A DNA stretch of 43,278 bases from an uncultured Planctomycetaceae bacterium (GTDB lineage: Bacteria; Planctomycetota; Phycisphaerae; UBA1845; UTPLA1). Below, piece by piece: positions 30,958 to 40,906 of the stretch. The notes below the pieces were generated by a model that made no database searches, was not told where the DNA came from, and saw only the letters and a list, made by a program, of their open reading frames with translations. Numbering within the stretch: position 1 is the stretch's first letter; every line of letters starts with the position of its first letter. The position numbers were made by a program, and so were the translations under genes. The stretch spans positions 1 to 43,278 of the forward strand of contig CAYXEY010000001.1 in assembly GCA_964464105.1 (NCBI GenBank). The letters are read 5' to 3'.

Positions 30958-32262
30958 TCAATCTCCCCCGCGCAGGTTCTGCACGGCGAAAAGCGACGGC
31001 GGATTGAGAGCGGAGTCCGTAATCATCCTCAGCTGCAATGTCGTGCAGTGCTGTGCTTGAACATCGAACATCGAAGCCCCGGTGTAAATAGCGATCCCGG
31101 CATTCTTGTTGGCGGGTGCATGGAACGCCGAGTCGCTAAAACTGACCGTCCACACTTTCCAAAGCTCGCCCTTGCGATCATAGATCAGCAACATAGGCAA
31201 AACCGAGGTCTCCGCGTCCATGTAAATTACGCGCTTCCCGATCGGACTGGCCTTGTTTGTCGGCGTCCCCTCCAGCACATGGACGGTGCGCAGCGACCAC
31301 GGCACATTCATGAAGCAATTGCTTTTCCCGCCAAACGTGATCTGACCATAACCATCGGAATCCTTCTCCTCGTTGCCTTTCCACTCGCTGTGGCGATAAA
31401 CGGGCAACAGCGCATTCCTTGTTTCGACGTACTTCCACTCCATGTCGAGAACACGCCCGTTGTAGCCTTCGAAATCCTCGATCATTAGATCCGAGCCGAG
31501 AAACGAATCCGTGGTTTGTCCGGTCGCCAAACGCCGGACACGACGCTGAAAGCCCAGGTAAAGATACGAATCATCGAGCTTTGTGTCATCGTCGTAGCGG
31601 TGAATCAGCAGCTGCGTATTCTTCAAATCGTTTGGCGCGAGCACCTTGAGATATATCCCCCGATAGATATCCGATGGATTCGGCTCGATATTCGGCATGG
31701 GATCCTGCGTCACACGATGCTTGAAATTTATAAAGTGAAAATCGAAATCGATCTTGCGCTCGACCTTCCCGCTCTTCGCGTCCCTATAGGTCCAGATGAA
31801 CGGATAAATACGCCCACTGTCGCCGACGATCTGCGCATACTTGAAGTTGAACGCCAGCTTCTCTCCTGCTCTCGGATCGCCTCCATCGGGCTTTTCAGGA
31901 AATGGCCGACCAGCCACATAGCCTTCCAACGTACCGGAATTGCTACCCAGCTTCACCTTTCCAGAATGCTCACGCGTTGCCGCAATGTAATTTGGGTGAA
32001 GCGGAATTGGGTGAGTATCCTCGACCACAATCTCCATGTCGCCCTGACCGATCATCTTGCCAATCTCTTGATCCAGAACACCCTTGAACTGCCCGACGTT
32101 AGCTTTATTGATTGCCACACCAGCCGTGACCCCAGGAGCAGTCGGCACCTTGCTCTTGTACGGATTGAACGAATTTTCAATTTCTGCGTCGCTCGCCGCA
32201 TACGCCACGTTCATGCCGGCCATGAGAGAAACCACCAGCAGCGCCACCTTGGTCATTTTCAT
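30958..32262 (-). CDS. DUF1329-like secreted protein (outer-membrane lipoprotein-sorting/LolA-like family)
   Basis: 434 aa. Signal peptide 'MKMTKVALLVVSLMAGMNVAYAA'. 'GYVAGRPFPEKP...GEKLAFNFKY' fits my memory of the DUF1329 pattern. Adjacent to a DUF1302-like gene, as is usual for this family. Confidence 0.75.
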   Translation of the reverse strand: MKMTKVALLVVSLMAGMNVAYAASDAEIENSFNPYKSKVPTAPGVTAGVAINKANVGQFKGVLDQEIGKMIGQGDMEIVVEDTHPIPLHPNYIAATREHSGKVKLGSNSGTLEGYVAGRPFPEKPDGGDPRAGEKLAFNFKYAQIVGDSGRIYPFIWTYRDAKSGKVERKIDFDFHFINFKHRVTQDPMPNIEPNPSDIYRGIYLKVLAPNDLKNTQLLIHRYDDDTKLDDSYLYLGFQRRVRRLATGQTTDSFLGSDLMIEDFEGYNGRVLDMEWKYVETRNALLPVYRHSEWKGNEEKDSDGYGQITFGGKSNCFMNVPWSLRTVHVLEGTPTNKASPIGKRVIYMDAETSVLPMLLIYDRKGELWKVWTVSFSDSAFHAPANKNAGIAIYTGASMFDVQAQHCTTLQLRMITDSALNPPSLFAVQNLRGGD

Positions 32263-32283
32263 TTCAATATCTCCTCGATCGAA

Positions 32284-34296
32284 TCAGAACTTATAGATCA
32301 ACTTGAAATAGATGTCGTCTTCCCGGAACGCAGCACCAATCGGTCCGGCACGGAAACGACCGAGCGGTTCGAGCCCCCCCAGTCCTGCCGACTGCCCGAC
32401 CGCTTGGCCAGGGAAGTAGGTATTCGTGAATGGCTCATAGGGTGCGTTGGAACGCGTATCGTCGAACTTGTAGCGATCATCTCCGTTTGAGGTCTTGTAA
32501 TTCGCACCAACGGTCAACTTCAGATCATTTGTGACGATCCATTCAACCTGCGGCGCCAGAACAGAGGCCTTCGCCCTGAAATCGCGAACAAGAATGAGCT
32601 GCGGGCTAACCCTGCCATTCATCAAAGACCCCTTGACGAGCAGAGTGCCAATAAAGTTATCCTTCCAGTCCGGAATGCCAACCTTGCCCAACGGTCCGTC
32701 TTTGCTCTCGTGATCGAATATGTGCTGATAGAAAAGCTGCCCCGAAATCAAGGTGGCGGATTTTTCGCTGATCAAGGGAATGAACGTCGGCCGATCCACT
32801 CCGATCACCGACCTGAACACACGGTTCTCAGAATAAAGTTTCTCCCGCGCCGTATTGACGAACTCTTCGCCTTCAGTGAGCGCCATCTCAACCCGCACCG
32901 CCGCTGCAGCATCGGGAATCTGAAAGTCCATCGAGCCACCGATCAGGTTGACTCGTGGGAAATGCATATCGAAGGCGATCAGATTCTTGACCGGCACGCC
33001 GGAGCTGTTCCCGTTTCCGCCCGTGAATGGATTAACAGTGCCGCTGCCGTTAATGGAATGCAGACTCGGCAACTGAGAGCGATAGGTCAGCGCGTTCAAC
33101 GAGAAGGCAAACCCATTCTGGGTCACACCCTCATATTTGACCCCGAGCTGCGTATTATCAAGAGACCAGTCGGGGAGATTGACATTGCGAATACCAATCT
33201 GTTGAGGGCCGAAATCCGTGGCAACCGTTCCATTCCCGGCAAAGTTGGCGACTGTACCGCCGTTATCCCATAGGTTTGCCATCCCCCGGAAGAAGCAACC
33301 GGCATCGAGAATCACGTTCGGCTGACCGCACTGACCGAGATTGTTGGCCCGGAACTTGTCGAAGTTCCACACCACCTGAAGGTTTCGATCCTGCATCGAC
33401 TCGCTCGCACCCATACGGTATTCGGCCTGTACCATCCACATCGGAATGCGGATGTCGGCGAGCTCATCGTAGATATTGTTTCGGGAGTAATCGACCGGGT
33501 TGATGACATCCAATACTCGGAATAGATCGGTCCGCCCCCAGACCACTTGCTGCTTTCCAAGCTTCAAGAAAAGTTCGTTGCCATTCTCCAAATGCAATAC
33601 CTTCCTTGCGTAGGCTTCACGGATGAAATCGAGACGATCGTTGAACTCGGGCAGTTCCAACTCGCTACGTTTCAAATCCCCGTATCCACCAAAGTCACGA
33701 CAGCCTCGCTTGTCCGTATCGCAGGGACGGACGGGCACGCCGAATGCGACCCCACCCTCGGTATGGTGCCAGCGGTCGCCCAACACACGCATGCCTTCAT
33801 TCGGATTCCTGGTCAGATCAAAACCGAAAGCATTGGTCGACGGCAGACCGAACGCTTGCCCGATCGGGTTGTTGACACCGCCGCCCCAGGGAACCTGCGA
33901 CTGATTCAGCGGCGTCCCGGCATTTGTTGGCACCGGAGGCAGACCGGGGCCGGCGACATTCTCGATCGTGACCGCCCCCCCGGCCCCCCTGCCGTAGTCG
34001 CCACTATTCATGCGATAGACACCATCCCAGCTCCCGCGCAGGATGCCGTGCGCCACCCAGCCGTCAGCCATCTCCTTGTTAAATTCCGCCTGCATGGTGT
34101 TGCGGAATTTGGCCAGGCCGACATTCTGGCGATTTACCGTATGGTTCTCATAAGTGACATCCACCTCCCACGGGGATGCGTCTTCTCCCAATGCGGGCAA
34201 ATCGCTCTTCGCTCCCGCGCTATTGGCAGTGAGACCAAGCCATGCGGCTGCAGCCAAGAACTGCAATCTGCGACGCTTTCTGTCAATCTTGTTCAT
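32284..34296 (-). CDS. DUF1302-like outer-membrane beta-barrel protein
   Basis: 670 aa. Signal peptide '...AAAWLGLTANSAGA'. Alternating beta-strand-like pattern with a C-terminal aromatic 'YFKLIYKF*', typical of OMP barrels. Confidence 0.7.
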   Translation of the reverse strand: MNKIDRKRRRLQFLAAAAWLGLTANSAGAKSDLPALGEDASPWEVDVTYENHTVNRQNVGLAKFRNTMQAEFNKEMADGWVAHGILRGSWDGVYRMNSGDYGRGAGGAVTIENVAGPGLPPVPTNAGTPLNQSQVPWGGGVNNPIGQAFGLPSTNAFGFDLTRNPNEGMRVLGDRWHHTEGGVAFGVPVRPCDTDKRGCRDFGGYGDLKRSELELPEFNDRLDFIREAYARKVLHLENGNELFLKLGKQQVVWGRTDLFRVLDVINPVDYSRNNIYDELADIRIPMWMVQAEYRMGASESMQDRNLQVVWNFDKFRANNLGQCGQPNVILDAGCFFRGMANLWDNGGTVANFAGNGTVATDFGPQQIGIRNVNLPDWSLDNTQLGVKYEGVTQNGFAFSLNALTYRSQLPSLHSINGSGTVNPFTGGNGNSSGVPVKNLIAFDMHFPRVNLIGGSMDFQIPDAAAAVRVEMALTEGEEFVNTAREKLYSENRVFRSVIGVDRPTFIPLISEKSATLISGQLFYQHIFDHESKDGPLGKVGIPDWKDNFIGTLLVKGSLMNGRVSPQLILVRDFRAKASVLAPQVEWIVTNDLKLTVGANYKTSNGDDRYKFDDTRSNAPYEPFTNTYFPGQAVGQSAGLGGLEPLGRFRAGPIGAAFREDDIYFKLIYKF

Positions 34297-34317
34297 TTTA
34301 TGCCCCCTCCTCGCTGA

Positions 34318-36789
34318 TTACGGCTTCAGTAAAAAACCGAGTTGACCGCCATCCGATGCCCCCTCTTCGAAGCGCTCCGCTTCACGACCTGCCGCTTCCT
34401 CCTCATTCTCAAGGACACCATCTTCGTCGTACTTGGTGGCGATTACGAACCTTGGCCGGAATACCACGCACCACGACGGCACAATCAGCATCGCGGCAAT
34501 TGCATTTACGATGAGCATGAAAGAAAGCAGCACAGCCGCATCTGATTGGAAGCGCAGATCGGACATGAAAATCCACATCGCCACACCGGCAATCAGGGTA
34601 GCGGCGGTAAAGCTCACGGCGTAGCCGGTGGTCGCCACGGCGTTGATAACGGCCTTTTTCAGATCGCGGAGTTCGACGAATTCCTCCCGAATCCGGTCCA
34701 TGAAGTAGACCGCATAGTCGATACCGACACCGACACCGACGGCGATCACCGGCACTGTATTGACATTGATACCAATATTCATCGCCCCCATGTAGGCATA
34801 GGTCATCAACGTCGAGAACAACATCGGCAGGACCATCAGCCAGCCCGCATGAGCTGAACTGTAATAGATGGTCACCAACGCAAACGCGAGGATCATCACT
34901 GCCGGGATGATGATCATGTGATCGGAGTGGAGCGCCTGATTTCCAGCGGCCGTAACGCCGAGAATACCGCCCCCCAGTTCGATATGCAGGCCCGGAACCT
35001 CCGCTTCGATCTGCTTGATCCCGTCCTCTGCCAACGCGACGATACGATCAACGGTTTCCGCCCGATGGTCCTTGTAGTAAAAGACCATGTTCGCCTCGTT
35101 CTCGTCCGAGGTTATGAACTCTTTCAGCGCACCTGGAATGGGGCTCGACGCCATGTAGGCAAACATCAGCCCCCCCATTTCCTCGGCGGTGTCGGGCAAC
35201 TGCATCCAGCGCGGATCGTCGTTATGGGTGAGCTTATTCACCACTCTGATCACGCCTGGAATCGCCTTGGTGCCGCCCAGTTCCGGATCTGACAGCATAT
35301 GCGCCTGGAACCGCTCGATGGCTGCCATCACTTCCGGACGTTTGATTCCACCGATCTCGTCGGTGCGGGCCACGACATGCAGTTCCTCGGAGCCGGGAAA
35401 GCGCGTATTGATCGCCTTGGTCGAGAGGTTGTAATCGTGGTGCTGATGTAGCAGAGGGGAGCCTGGCTCCGACTCGCCAAGTTGGACACGGCTGATGAAG
35501 TAGGTACAACCAATCGCGCCGACGAGGGTGAGGACAAGAATGCTGCGGGCGCCGCCTTCAGTGCCCCCCGTAAGTGCCATGAAGCCTCCCAACAGCTTTC
35601 GCACACCTTGGTTATCGTTCTCGGTCTTCCTTGGCTGCGGCAGAATGGTGAGCGCGAGGGGCACCATGAAATGCACCGTGAAAATGACCGAAAAGCCCCA
35701 GAAACCCGCAGCGATACCGAGCTTGTGATTGAACGGGGCGGCACCGAGCACGAGCACTGCGATGCCGATCGCGTCGACGATGATTGCTAGCGACCCCGGC
35801 CGGAAGAGCGCATCCAGAGCATTCCGGGCAGCCAGCTTGCCGTTCTTGACGATCGCCAATTCTTCATAGTAGCGAGCCACCAGTTGCACACCGTGCGATG
35901 TCGCACGCGCGGCGATCAGGAACGGGATTGGCAAGGATAAGGGCTCGAGGTTGATGCCCATCAACGCCATGAACCCCAATCCCCATATCGTCGACAAGGC
36001 GATTCCTAATACGGGTAGCGCAATGCCGTATAAGGTGCGGAAGTAGACGATCAGCAAGACGGCCAGCAACAACATGGTCCATGCCAGGATCTCCACAATC
36101 TGCCCGACATAGGTATAGACCCAGCCGGTCAGCACCGGATTGCCGGTGACATAGATCTGGTGGCCTGCGGTGGCAATCGACTTGCGCACTTCCTGCAGTG
36201 CGCCGAAAGTCGCCGGGTAGTCGATATCAGACTCGTTCAGCTGCGCCCTGATCAGCGCCGCCTTCAGGTCCGGGGACACCAGCAGACCGTAGATAGTCGG
36301 GTTGGCGATGACGTCGTTCTTGAGCTGTTCGAGTTCCGCGACGCTCCACTCCCGCTTGGAGGGGTCGTAATAGGATTCGGATCGGAATGAACCCTGCTCG
36401 TCGAGGAAAACCTTGCGCGCCGTGCGGTGAGTCAGACTGCTAACCAGGTTGTGATTGACGCCAGGCAGACTATCGACGCCCTTGGTCGCCTCGTGAATGA
36501 GCCTGAGTGTTTCATTGTTGAAGATCGTCCCTTTTTCGACCTCGACCGCCATTATTATTACGTTGGCGCCGCCGAAGTTTTCCTTCAGCCTGTTATACAC
36601 CTTGATGTAGGGATGGTTCTGCGGCAGCAGATCGGAAAAATCCGTGAAGATCCGAAGCTTGGGCAGGGCGATTCCGAAGAGCATCGTCACCGCCAAAATC
36701 AGCGACAGGACAATTTTCGGATTGCTAAAGATCCATTCCTCACCCCGATGCAGCCTGTGAGTAATGGAATGACGAAATTGGGTGACCAT
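34318..36789 (-). CDS. RND-superfamily transporter, MMPL/HAE3-like (two 6-TM bundles)
   Basis: 823 aa. Two repeats of a large loop plus hydrophobic bundle, e.g. 'GIALPVLGIALSTIWGLGFMALMGINL' and 'NTVPVIAVGVGVGIDYAVYFMDR'. Confidence 0.88.
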   Translation of the reverse strand: MVTQFRHSITHRLHRGEEWIFSNPKIVLSLILAVTMLFGIALPKLRIFTDFSDLLPQNHPYIKVYNRLKENFGGANVIIMAVEVEKGTIFNNETLRLIHEATKGVDSLPGVNHNLVSSLTHRTARKVFLDEQGSFRSESYYDPSKREWSVAELEQLKNDVIANPTIYGLLVSPDLKAALIRAQLNESDIDYPATFGALQEVRKSIATAGHQIYVTGNPVLTGWVYTYVGQIVEILAWTMLLLAVLLIVYFRTLYGIALPVLGIALSTIWGLGFMALMGINLEPLSLPIPFLIAARATSHGVQLVARYYEELAIVKNGKLAARNALDALFRPGSLAIIVDAIGIAVLVLGAAPFNHKLGIAAGFWGFSVIFTVHFMVPLALTILPQPRKTENDNQGVRKLLGGFMALTGGTEGGARSILVLTLVGAIGCTYFISRVQLGESEPGSPLLHQHHDYNLSTKAINTRFPGSEELHVVARTDEIGGIKRPEVMAAIERFQAHMLSDPELGGTKAIPGVIRVVNKLTHNDDPRWMQLPDTAEEMGGLMFAYMASSPIPGALKEFITSDENEANMVFYYKDHRAETVDRIVALAEDGIKQIEAEVPGLHIELGGGILGVTAAGNQALHSDHMIIIPAVMILAFALVTIYYSSAHAGWLMVLPMLFSTLMTYAYMGAMNIGINVNTVPVIAVGVGVGIDYAVYFMDRIREEFVELRDLKKAVINAVATTGYAVSFTAATLIAGVAMWIFMSDLRFQSDAAVLLSFMLIVNAIAAMLIVPSWCVVFRPRFVIATKYDEDGVLENEEEAAGREAERFEEGASDGGQLGFLLKP

Positions 36790-36809
36790 TTTCTCGCTCT
36801 CTCCTTCGC

Positions 36810-37766
36810 CTATTGGTTGTTGGCGACGCTAACGGTGCGTAGCAAGCCACGAGGACCTCCGATAACAACTGCGGAATGGCCCGGCAATGAAGCACCACCA
36901 CCCAGGAACACCGGCAGTGCGTCGGTATATGGCACGGCACGCCAGATGTTTCCGTCCAGACGAGCGATCACTCCACCGTTACCCACTCCGTAAGGCACGT
37001 CCTTGTGAAGAAACATGCGGTTCAACGAAGCCGATGTTTCGTTAACCTGTTTGCTCCACGTTTGCCCGCCATCGCGGGTGTGCACAATCTGGCCAGCGAG
37101 TCCCGACACCCATCCTTCGTTCCGGTCGCGGAAGACCGCCGCATACGGATAGAAGTCGCCCGGAAGCTTTGGCCCCTTCCTCCAAGTCGCACCGCCGTCT
37201 TCACTCGTCACCATCAGGCCGAATTCACCAAACGCTATGGCATTCCGGCCATCGATGAACTGGATGGTCGTAACCTGAGTGTCTTCGCCAAGATCGGTAA
37301 TGCGCCAGGTCTTGCCCTGATCACGGCTGCCAGCGATGACGGAGTTCACACCAGCGACCCACCAGCCGCCCTGATCGTCGCAGGCGACAGCCAGCGGTGT
37401 GCGGGGCCGCTCCAGTTCGCGCGGCCGCCAATCGTTGCCATCCTTTCCTGCAAACCAAACCTTGCGGTAATGATCGATGGCGACGAAACCGCTTTCACCG
37501 CAAACGGCGATATCGATCATCGAGGCATGGCCGAGAACCTTCCGCCGCCAGGTACGCCCTTGGTCGCCGGATACCAGCACGGCACCGTTCTGTGTTCCGA
37601 CCACCACCACTTGCCCGTTGGCTGCAATAGCCTGCGCCACGTCGTAACGCTGCGGCTGACGACTGCGCTCCGCGGCCAGACCGGACAGGTCCGGCCCTTG
37701 GCTGCAGGCGACCATCTGCAGGCACAGCACCGAAGCACCGACTCTCTTCAAACACGCAAACGTCAT
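36810..37766 (-). CDS. BNR/Asp-box repeat beta-propeller lipoprotein (Ycf48/photosystem II assembly factor-like)
   Basis: The ATG at 37766 has GGGAGA upstream. Lipobox-like 'LCLQMVAC'. Four Asp-boxes: 'SGDQGRTW', 'SRDQGKTW', 'SEDGGATW', 'TRDGGQTW'. The listed start at 37805 is 13 codons longer. Confidence 0.8.
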   Translation of the reverse strand: MTFACLKRVGASVLCLQMVACSQGPDLSGLAAERSRQPQRYDVAQAIAANGQVVVVGTQNGAVLVSGDQGRTWRRKVLGHASMIDIAVCGESGFVAIDHYRKVWFAGKDGNDWRPRELERPRTPLAVACDDQGGWWVAGVNSVIAGSRDQGKTWRITDLGEDTQVTTIQFIDGRNAIAFGEFGLMVTSEDGGATWRKGPKLPGDFYPYAAVFRDRNEGWVSGLAGQIVHTRDGGQTWSKQVNETSASLNRMFLHKDVPYGVGNGGVIARLDGNIWRAVPYTDALPVFLGGGASLPGHSAVVIGGPRGLLRTVSVANNQ

Positions 37767-38559
37767 TCTTGTCTCCCGCTTTCCCAGACCCTCGCGGCCC
37801 GCCATTCGAGGCGCGCTCGTCTACCACCTGAACCAAACCAATTGACCTCGCGCATCCAGGATGCGAACTCGCGCGTCACCAACGGAAACAGCGCGAGGAC
37901 CGCTTGGTCAATGGGAATATGGTTTTACGTTTCGCATCGCTGAAGAAGCCGTATCCGGGATACCGGCTCGGCATTTTTTCCGGCTTTCCGGAACTACTGC
38001 ACGTCGAGTTGCACAGGGCATAGCTTTCACATCAACAGAATGAACAACCAACGCAGGTCACCTCTCCTCGCCATTCTCGTATCGGCTGGCTTGCATTAAC
38101 GTCTCTGCGCGAAACGAAGAAAGTGCATTGACTTTAGTTCGCCGAGCAAGCGCTTTGGTGAGGTTCGACGAGTTGCCGGCATGACGCCGCCTACTGCTTA
38201 ACAGCGCGTTAGCCATGGTTTGCGCGGGATTGGTTTTTGACTAAATGGCAGCAGCTACACAAGTACGCCAAAGATCACCGCGTAGTGTCTATGCCAGGCA
38301 ACCTTCGAGCTTTGCGCAGCGAACTGACGATGGCTGCAGGCTAGGGGGCTTGCACCACCGCGACAAGTGGTGCTAACACTCAAACGCCTAGGGCCAGCCC
38401 TACAGACGAAGCGCGGGTGTTGCTGCAGAATCTCCAAGGCGCCTGATCGCCTGCTGTCCTGAGCAAGCTCACCCAAGCCAGCCATTCATGCCGACTACGA
38501 TGATCATGTCTTCCACTTGCACAGCTGCTTTGCGAGGCCTTTCGAGTCTCGTTAGCCCT

Positions 38560-39153
38560 TTTGTGGGCACAGCGGATGGATGCTGGCCATCAACTCGTCA
38601 AAGCGGGCCGTGCGAGATCGATGTTGGTCAACCGGGTCCGCGTAGCCCCCGAGACGATGTGCGTCGCACCGCTTCCGCAGTGCGCGTCCTCGCACGCAAG
38701 CCCGCGCTTGACGAGGCAGAAGGCCTGCTCGACCCGAGCGAGGACCGTGCGCGTACTAGGGCTGTTGCGCTTGCCCGTTTCGCTGACCGGATGCCGCCTG
38801 CGGACGATGAGCGAGACACCCGACAACAAGCCCGCTTTTCGGGCCTGTCGTGTGATGATGTTGCTCACGTAGCCCTTGTTGCCGAACGCGGCCGGGTCAT
38901 CATGGTGCAGCGGTGGCAGCAGCTGGCCGCGTTGTTCGTGCGTGCCGTCGATGATGTTCATCATGTGCCCGGTGAGCGCGTGCTTCTCGAGCAGGTGCCG
39001 GAACTTGAGGATGGCCGTCTCCCCGGACGGTACGCCGTGGGTCGGGTCCATCCCAGCAAGGCGGCGCATCGCCCCGACTTCGCTGTGAGCATCCTCCATC
39101 GCCGGGTCGAGCGACGCATGGCACTGCTGCATCAAGCACATCCGCCACATCAT
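38560..39153 (-). mobile_element. IS5-family DDE transposase remnant (N-terminally truncated, internally deleted pseudogene)
   Basis: 'DPAMEDAHSEVGAMRRLAG...SGETAILKFRHLLEKHALTGHMMNIIDG' aligns with the InsH-type 'DGAMEDALYEIASMRLFA...DRTTIMNFRHLLEQHQL' region. '...ARVEQAFCLVKRGLA' aligns with 'ARVEHPFRIIKRQFG...'. The DDE core between them is missing. Confidence 0.7.
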
Positions 39154-39208
39154 CGGACGCCAGCTTTTTCACAAGACGCAGCTTGCCGGCAAAGAGGAGA
39201 AAAACCAC

Positions 39209-40849
39209 ATGAGCGGATACCTACCAAAGGAGCGCAAGATGCACGGGGATAACACAAGCGACTCCGCCGCCGGGTACGAAGTCATATTCCGCAACACGCC
39301 CTTGGCGATCTGCCACTTGCGGAACCGCATTTTCGTCCGCTGCAATACGCGACTTGAAGAGTTGTTCGGCTATTCGAGAGGCGAGCTAGACAATCGGTCT
39401 GTACGGCTGCTGTATCCAACCGAAGACTCATTCCAGATAATCGAAGACACATACGGTCATTTCTTCGAACGCCACGAAACCTTTAAAGACGAGCGCCCGT
39501 TTATTCGTAAGGATGGCTCTGTCGTTTGGTGTATCGTGACCGGTGCGCTGCTTGACCCTTCCAGGCCACGGCTCGGATCGATTTGGGTAATTCAGGACAT
39601 ATCCGAACACAAGCGCATAGAGGACAATCTGAAGGCCAGCGTCGAAAAACTTGAAATCCTGGTCCACCAACGAACACTCGAGCTACACAAGCATGTCAAG
39701 GAGCTCGAGCAGGAAGTTGCAACGCGGAAGCTAGCGGAAGATGCTGCGAACGAGAACCGGGAAAAATACGAGAAACTCTTTCATATGCTCCCCATCGGAA
39801 TTTCGATCACCTCCGATAGCGGCATGATTCTTGAAGCCAACTACCAGTTCAACGAAATTATCGGCGCTCCTAAAACACCTCCCGCAACATGGCAACAACT
39901 GCCTCAACGATTCTCTCTCAGCGACGGGACGGGGGTATCGAAGAGACGATTGCCTTGGCGGATCCACGACCTCCAAAGAGATTCACTCAGAAATATCGAG
40001 ATCGGGATGCAAGACGAGGAGAGCCACAAGGTTCGGTGGTTGAGCGTCAGCTCATCGTTACTGGAGCTCAAGAACGAGAAGATGGTCGTGGCGGCATTCA
40101 CCGACATCACGTATCGCAAGCGGATCGAGAAACTGGAGAGGTTGCGCCACGCGGAACTCACCCGCCTTGGGCGTATCGACGCGATGGCGGGGATGGCTGC
40201 AGCACTCGCACATCAAATGGGCCAGCCCTTGGTTTCAGCAGTCAATTACCTTCAGGGCTGCCGACTGCGGCTTGAACATGTGGAGGGCACTGCGGAGATT
40301 TCTCGATCGCTGGAGCTTGCGACAACTCACCTCGATCAGGCTGGCGAGATTCTAAGGCGGATCAAGGATTTCGTCTGCAAGCACAAACCCGAAAAAGTTC
40401 CCGAGAGCATCAACGAAGTCATTCAGGACACGCTTTCATTTCTTAGTTTCGAAATTCATCGATTCAAGGTTGAAATTCAGCTCCAGCTGATGGCTTCGCC
40501 TCCGCTTGTCCCTCTCTGCAAGATTGAAATCCAGCAGGTTCTTTTCAATCTGATCAAGAATGGAATCGAAGCAATGTCTGAAATGGAGCCACCTTCTCGG
40601 ATACTTACAATCGGAAACGAAGTTATCGCTGAAGGACGATTGATGAAGGTATTCGTCCAAGACCATGGCGCTGGCCTCGAGCGAAAGACGGCCAAGCGCG
40701 TCTTCGAGCCCTACTTCACAACCAAACCGGACGGACTCGGGATTGGGCTGGCAATCTGCCGATCGATTATCGAATCACACGGCGGCGAACTTTCGTTTTC
40801 GAAGACAGAGCAACGCGGATCACGATTCCAGTTCACCTTGCCAATGTAA
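39209..40849 (+). CDS. tdiS: PAS-domain sensor histidine kinase, TdiS-like
   Basis: 546 aa with GAGGAG 9 nt upstream. Two PAS regions ('VIFRNTPLAICHLRNRIFVRCNTRLEELFGYSRGEL', 'LFHMLPIGISITSDSGMILEANYQFNEIIG'). H-box 'AAALAHQMGQPL'. ATPase 'QDHGAGL...GLGIGLAICRSIIESHGG'. Confidence 0.85.
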   Translation: MSGYLPKERKMHGDNTSDSAAGYEVIFRNTPLAICHLRNRIFVRCNTRLEELFGYSRGELDNRSVRLLYPTEDSFQIIEDTYGHFFERHETFKDERPFIRKDGSVVWCIVTGALLDPSRPRLGSIWVIQDISEHKRIEDNLKASVEKLEILVHQRTLELHKHVKELEQEVATRKLAEDAANENREKYEKLFHMLPIGISITSDSGMILEANYQFNEIIGAPKTPPATWQQLPQRFSLSDGTGVSKRRLPWRIHDLQRDSLRNIEIGMQDEESHKVRWLSVSSSLLELKNEKMVVAAFTDITYRKRIEKLERLRHAELTRLGRIDAMAGMAAALAHQMGQPLVSAVNYLQGCRLRLEHVEGTAEISRSLELATTHLDQAGEILRRIKDFVCKHKPEKVPESINEVIQDTLSFLSFEIHRFKVEIQLQLMASPPLVPLCKIEIQQVLFNLIKNGIEAMSEMEPPSRILTIGNEVIAEGRLMKVFVQDHGAGLERKTAKRVFEPYFTTKPDGLGIGLAICRSIIESHGGELSFSKTEQRGSRFQFTLPM

Positions 40850-40906
40850 TTGACGTTCATGAATTATTCCTGCAGTAGCACTTGACAGCGCAAGAAGGAG
40901 AGTCTC

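Noticed and set aside
37806-37880. Possible further copy of the promoter element upstream of the envelope module: minus strand 'gaggtcaattggtttgg...gcgcgcctcgaatgg' versus copy B 'cgaccaattgttgc...gcgcgctctaatga'.
   Set aside because: It lacks the GTGTTC arm, and the spacing between the CAATTG box and the -10-like box differs by about 8 nt. The similarity is too patchy to call without a statistical motif scan.
37948-37980. Hairpin (GTATC-CGG-GATAC core) followed by TTTTTT on the plus strand.
   Set aside because: No plus-strand gene ends upstream of it. It may be a leftover terminator within the scar region, so it is mentioned only in the IS finding.
38040-38099. Mini-ORF 'MNNQRRSPLLAILVSAGLH*' resembling the start of a lipoprotein or efflux outer-membrane factor.
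   Set aside because: Only 19 codons before a stop and no downstream continuation in any frame that I can see. It is treated as a possible gene stump within the IS scar, not as a feature.
38155-38180. 'GGTTCGA' T-loop-like string and the nearby inverted repeat GCACCAC-N8-GTGGTGC (38352-38373), considered as a possible tRNA or tmRNA fragment.
   Set aside because: No flanking T-stem complementarity, and no acceptor or anticodon arms can be drawn.
38488-39252. 254-aa plus-strand ORF overlapping the IS5 remnant and the tdiS start.
   Set aside because: It is antisense to the transposase-like frame, Arg/Ala-rich and motif-free. The minus-strand frame carries the recognisable IS5 blocks.
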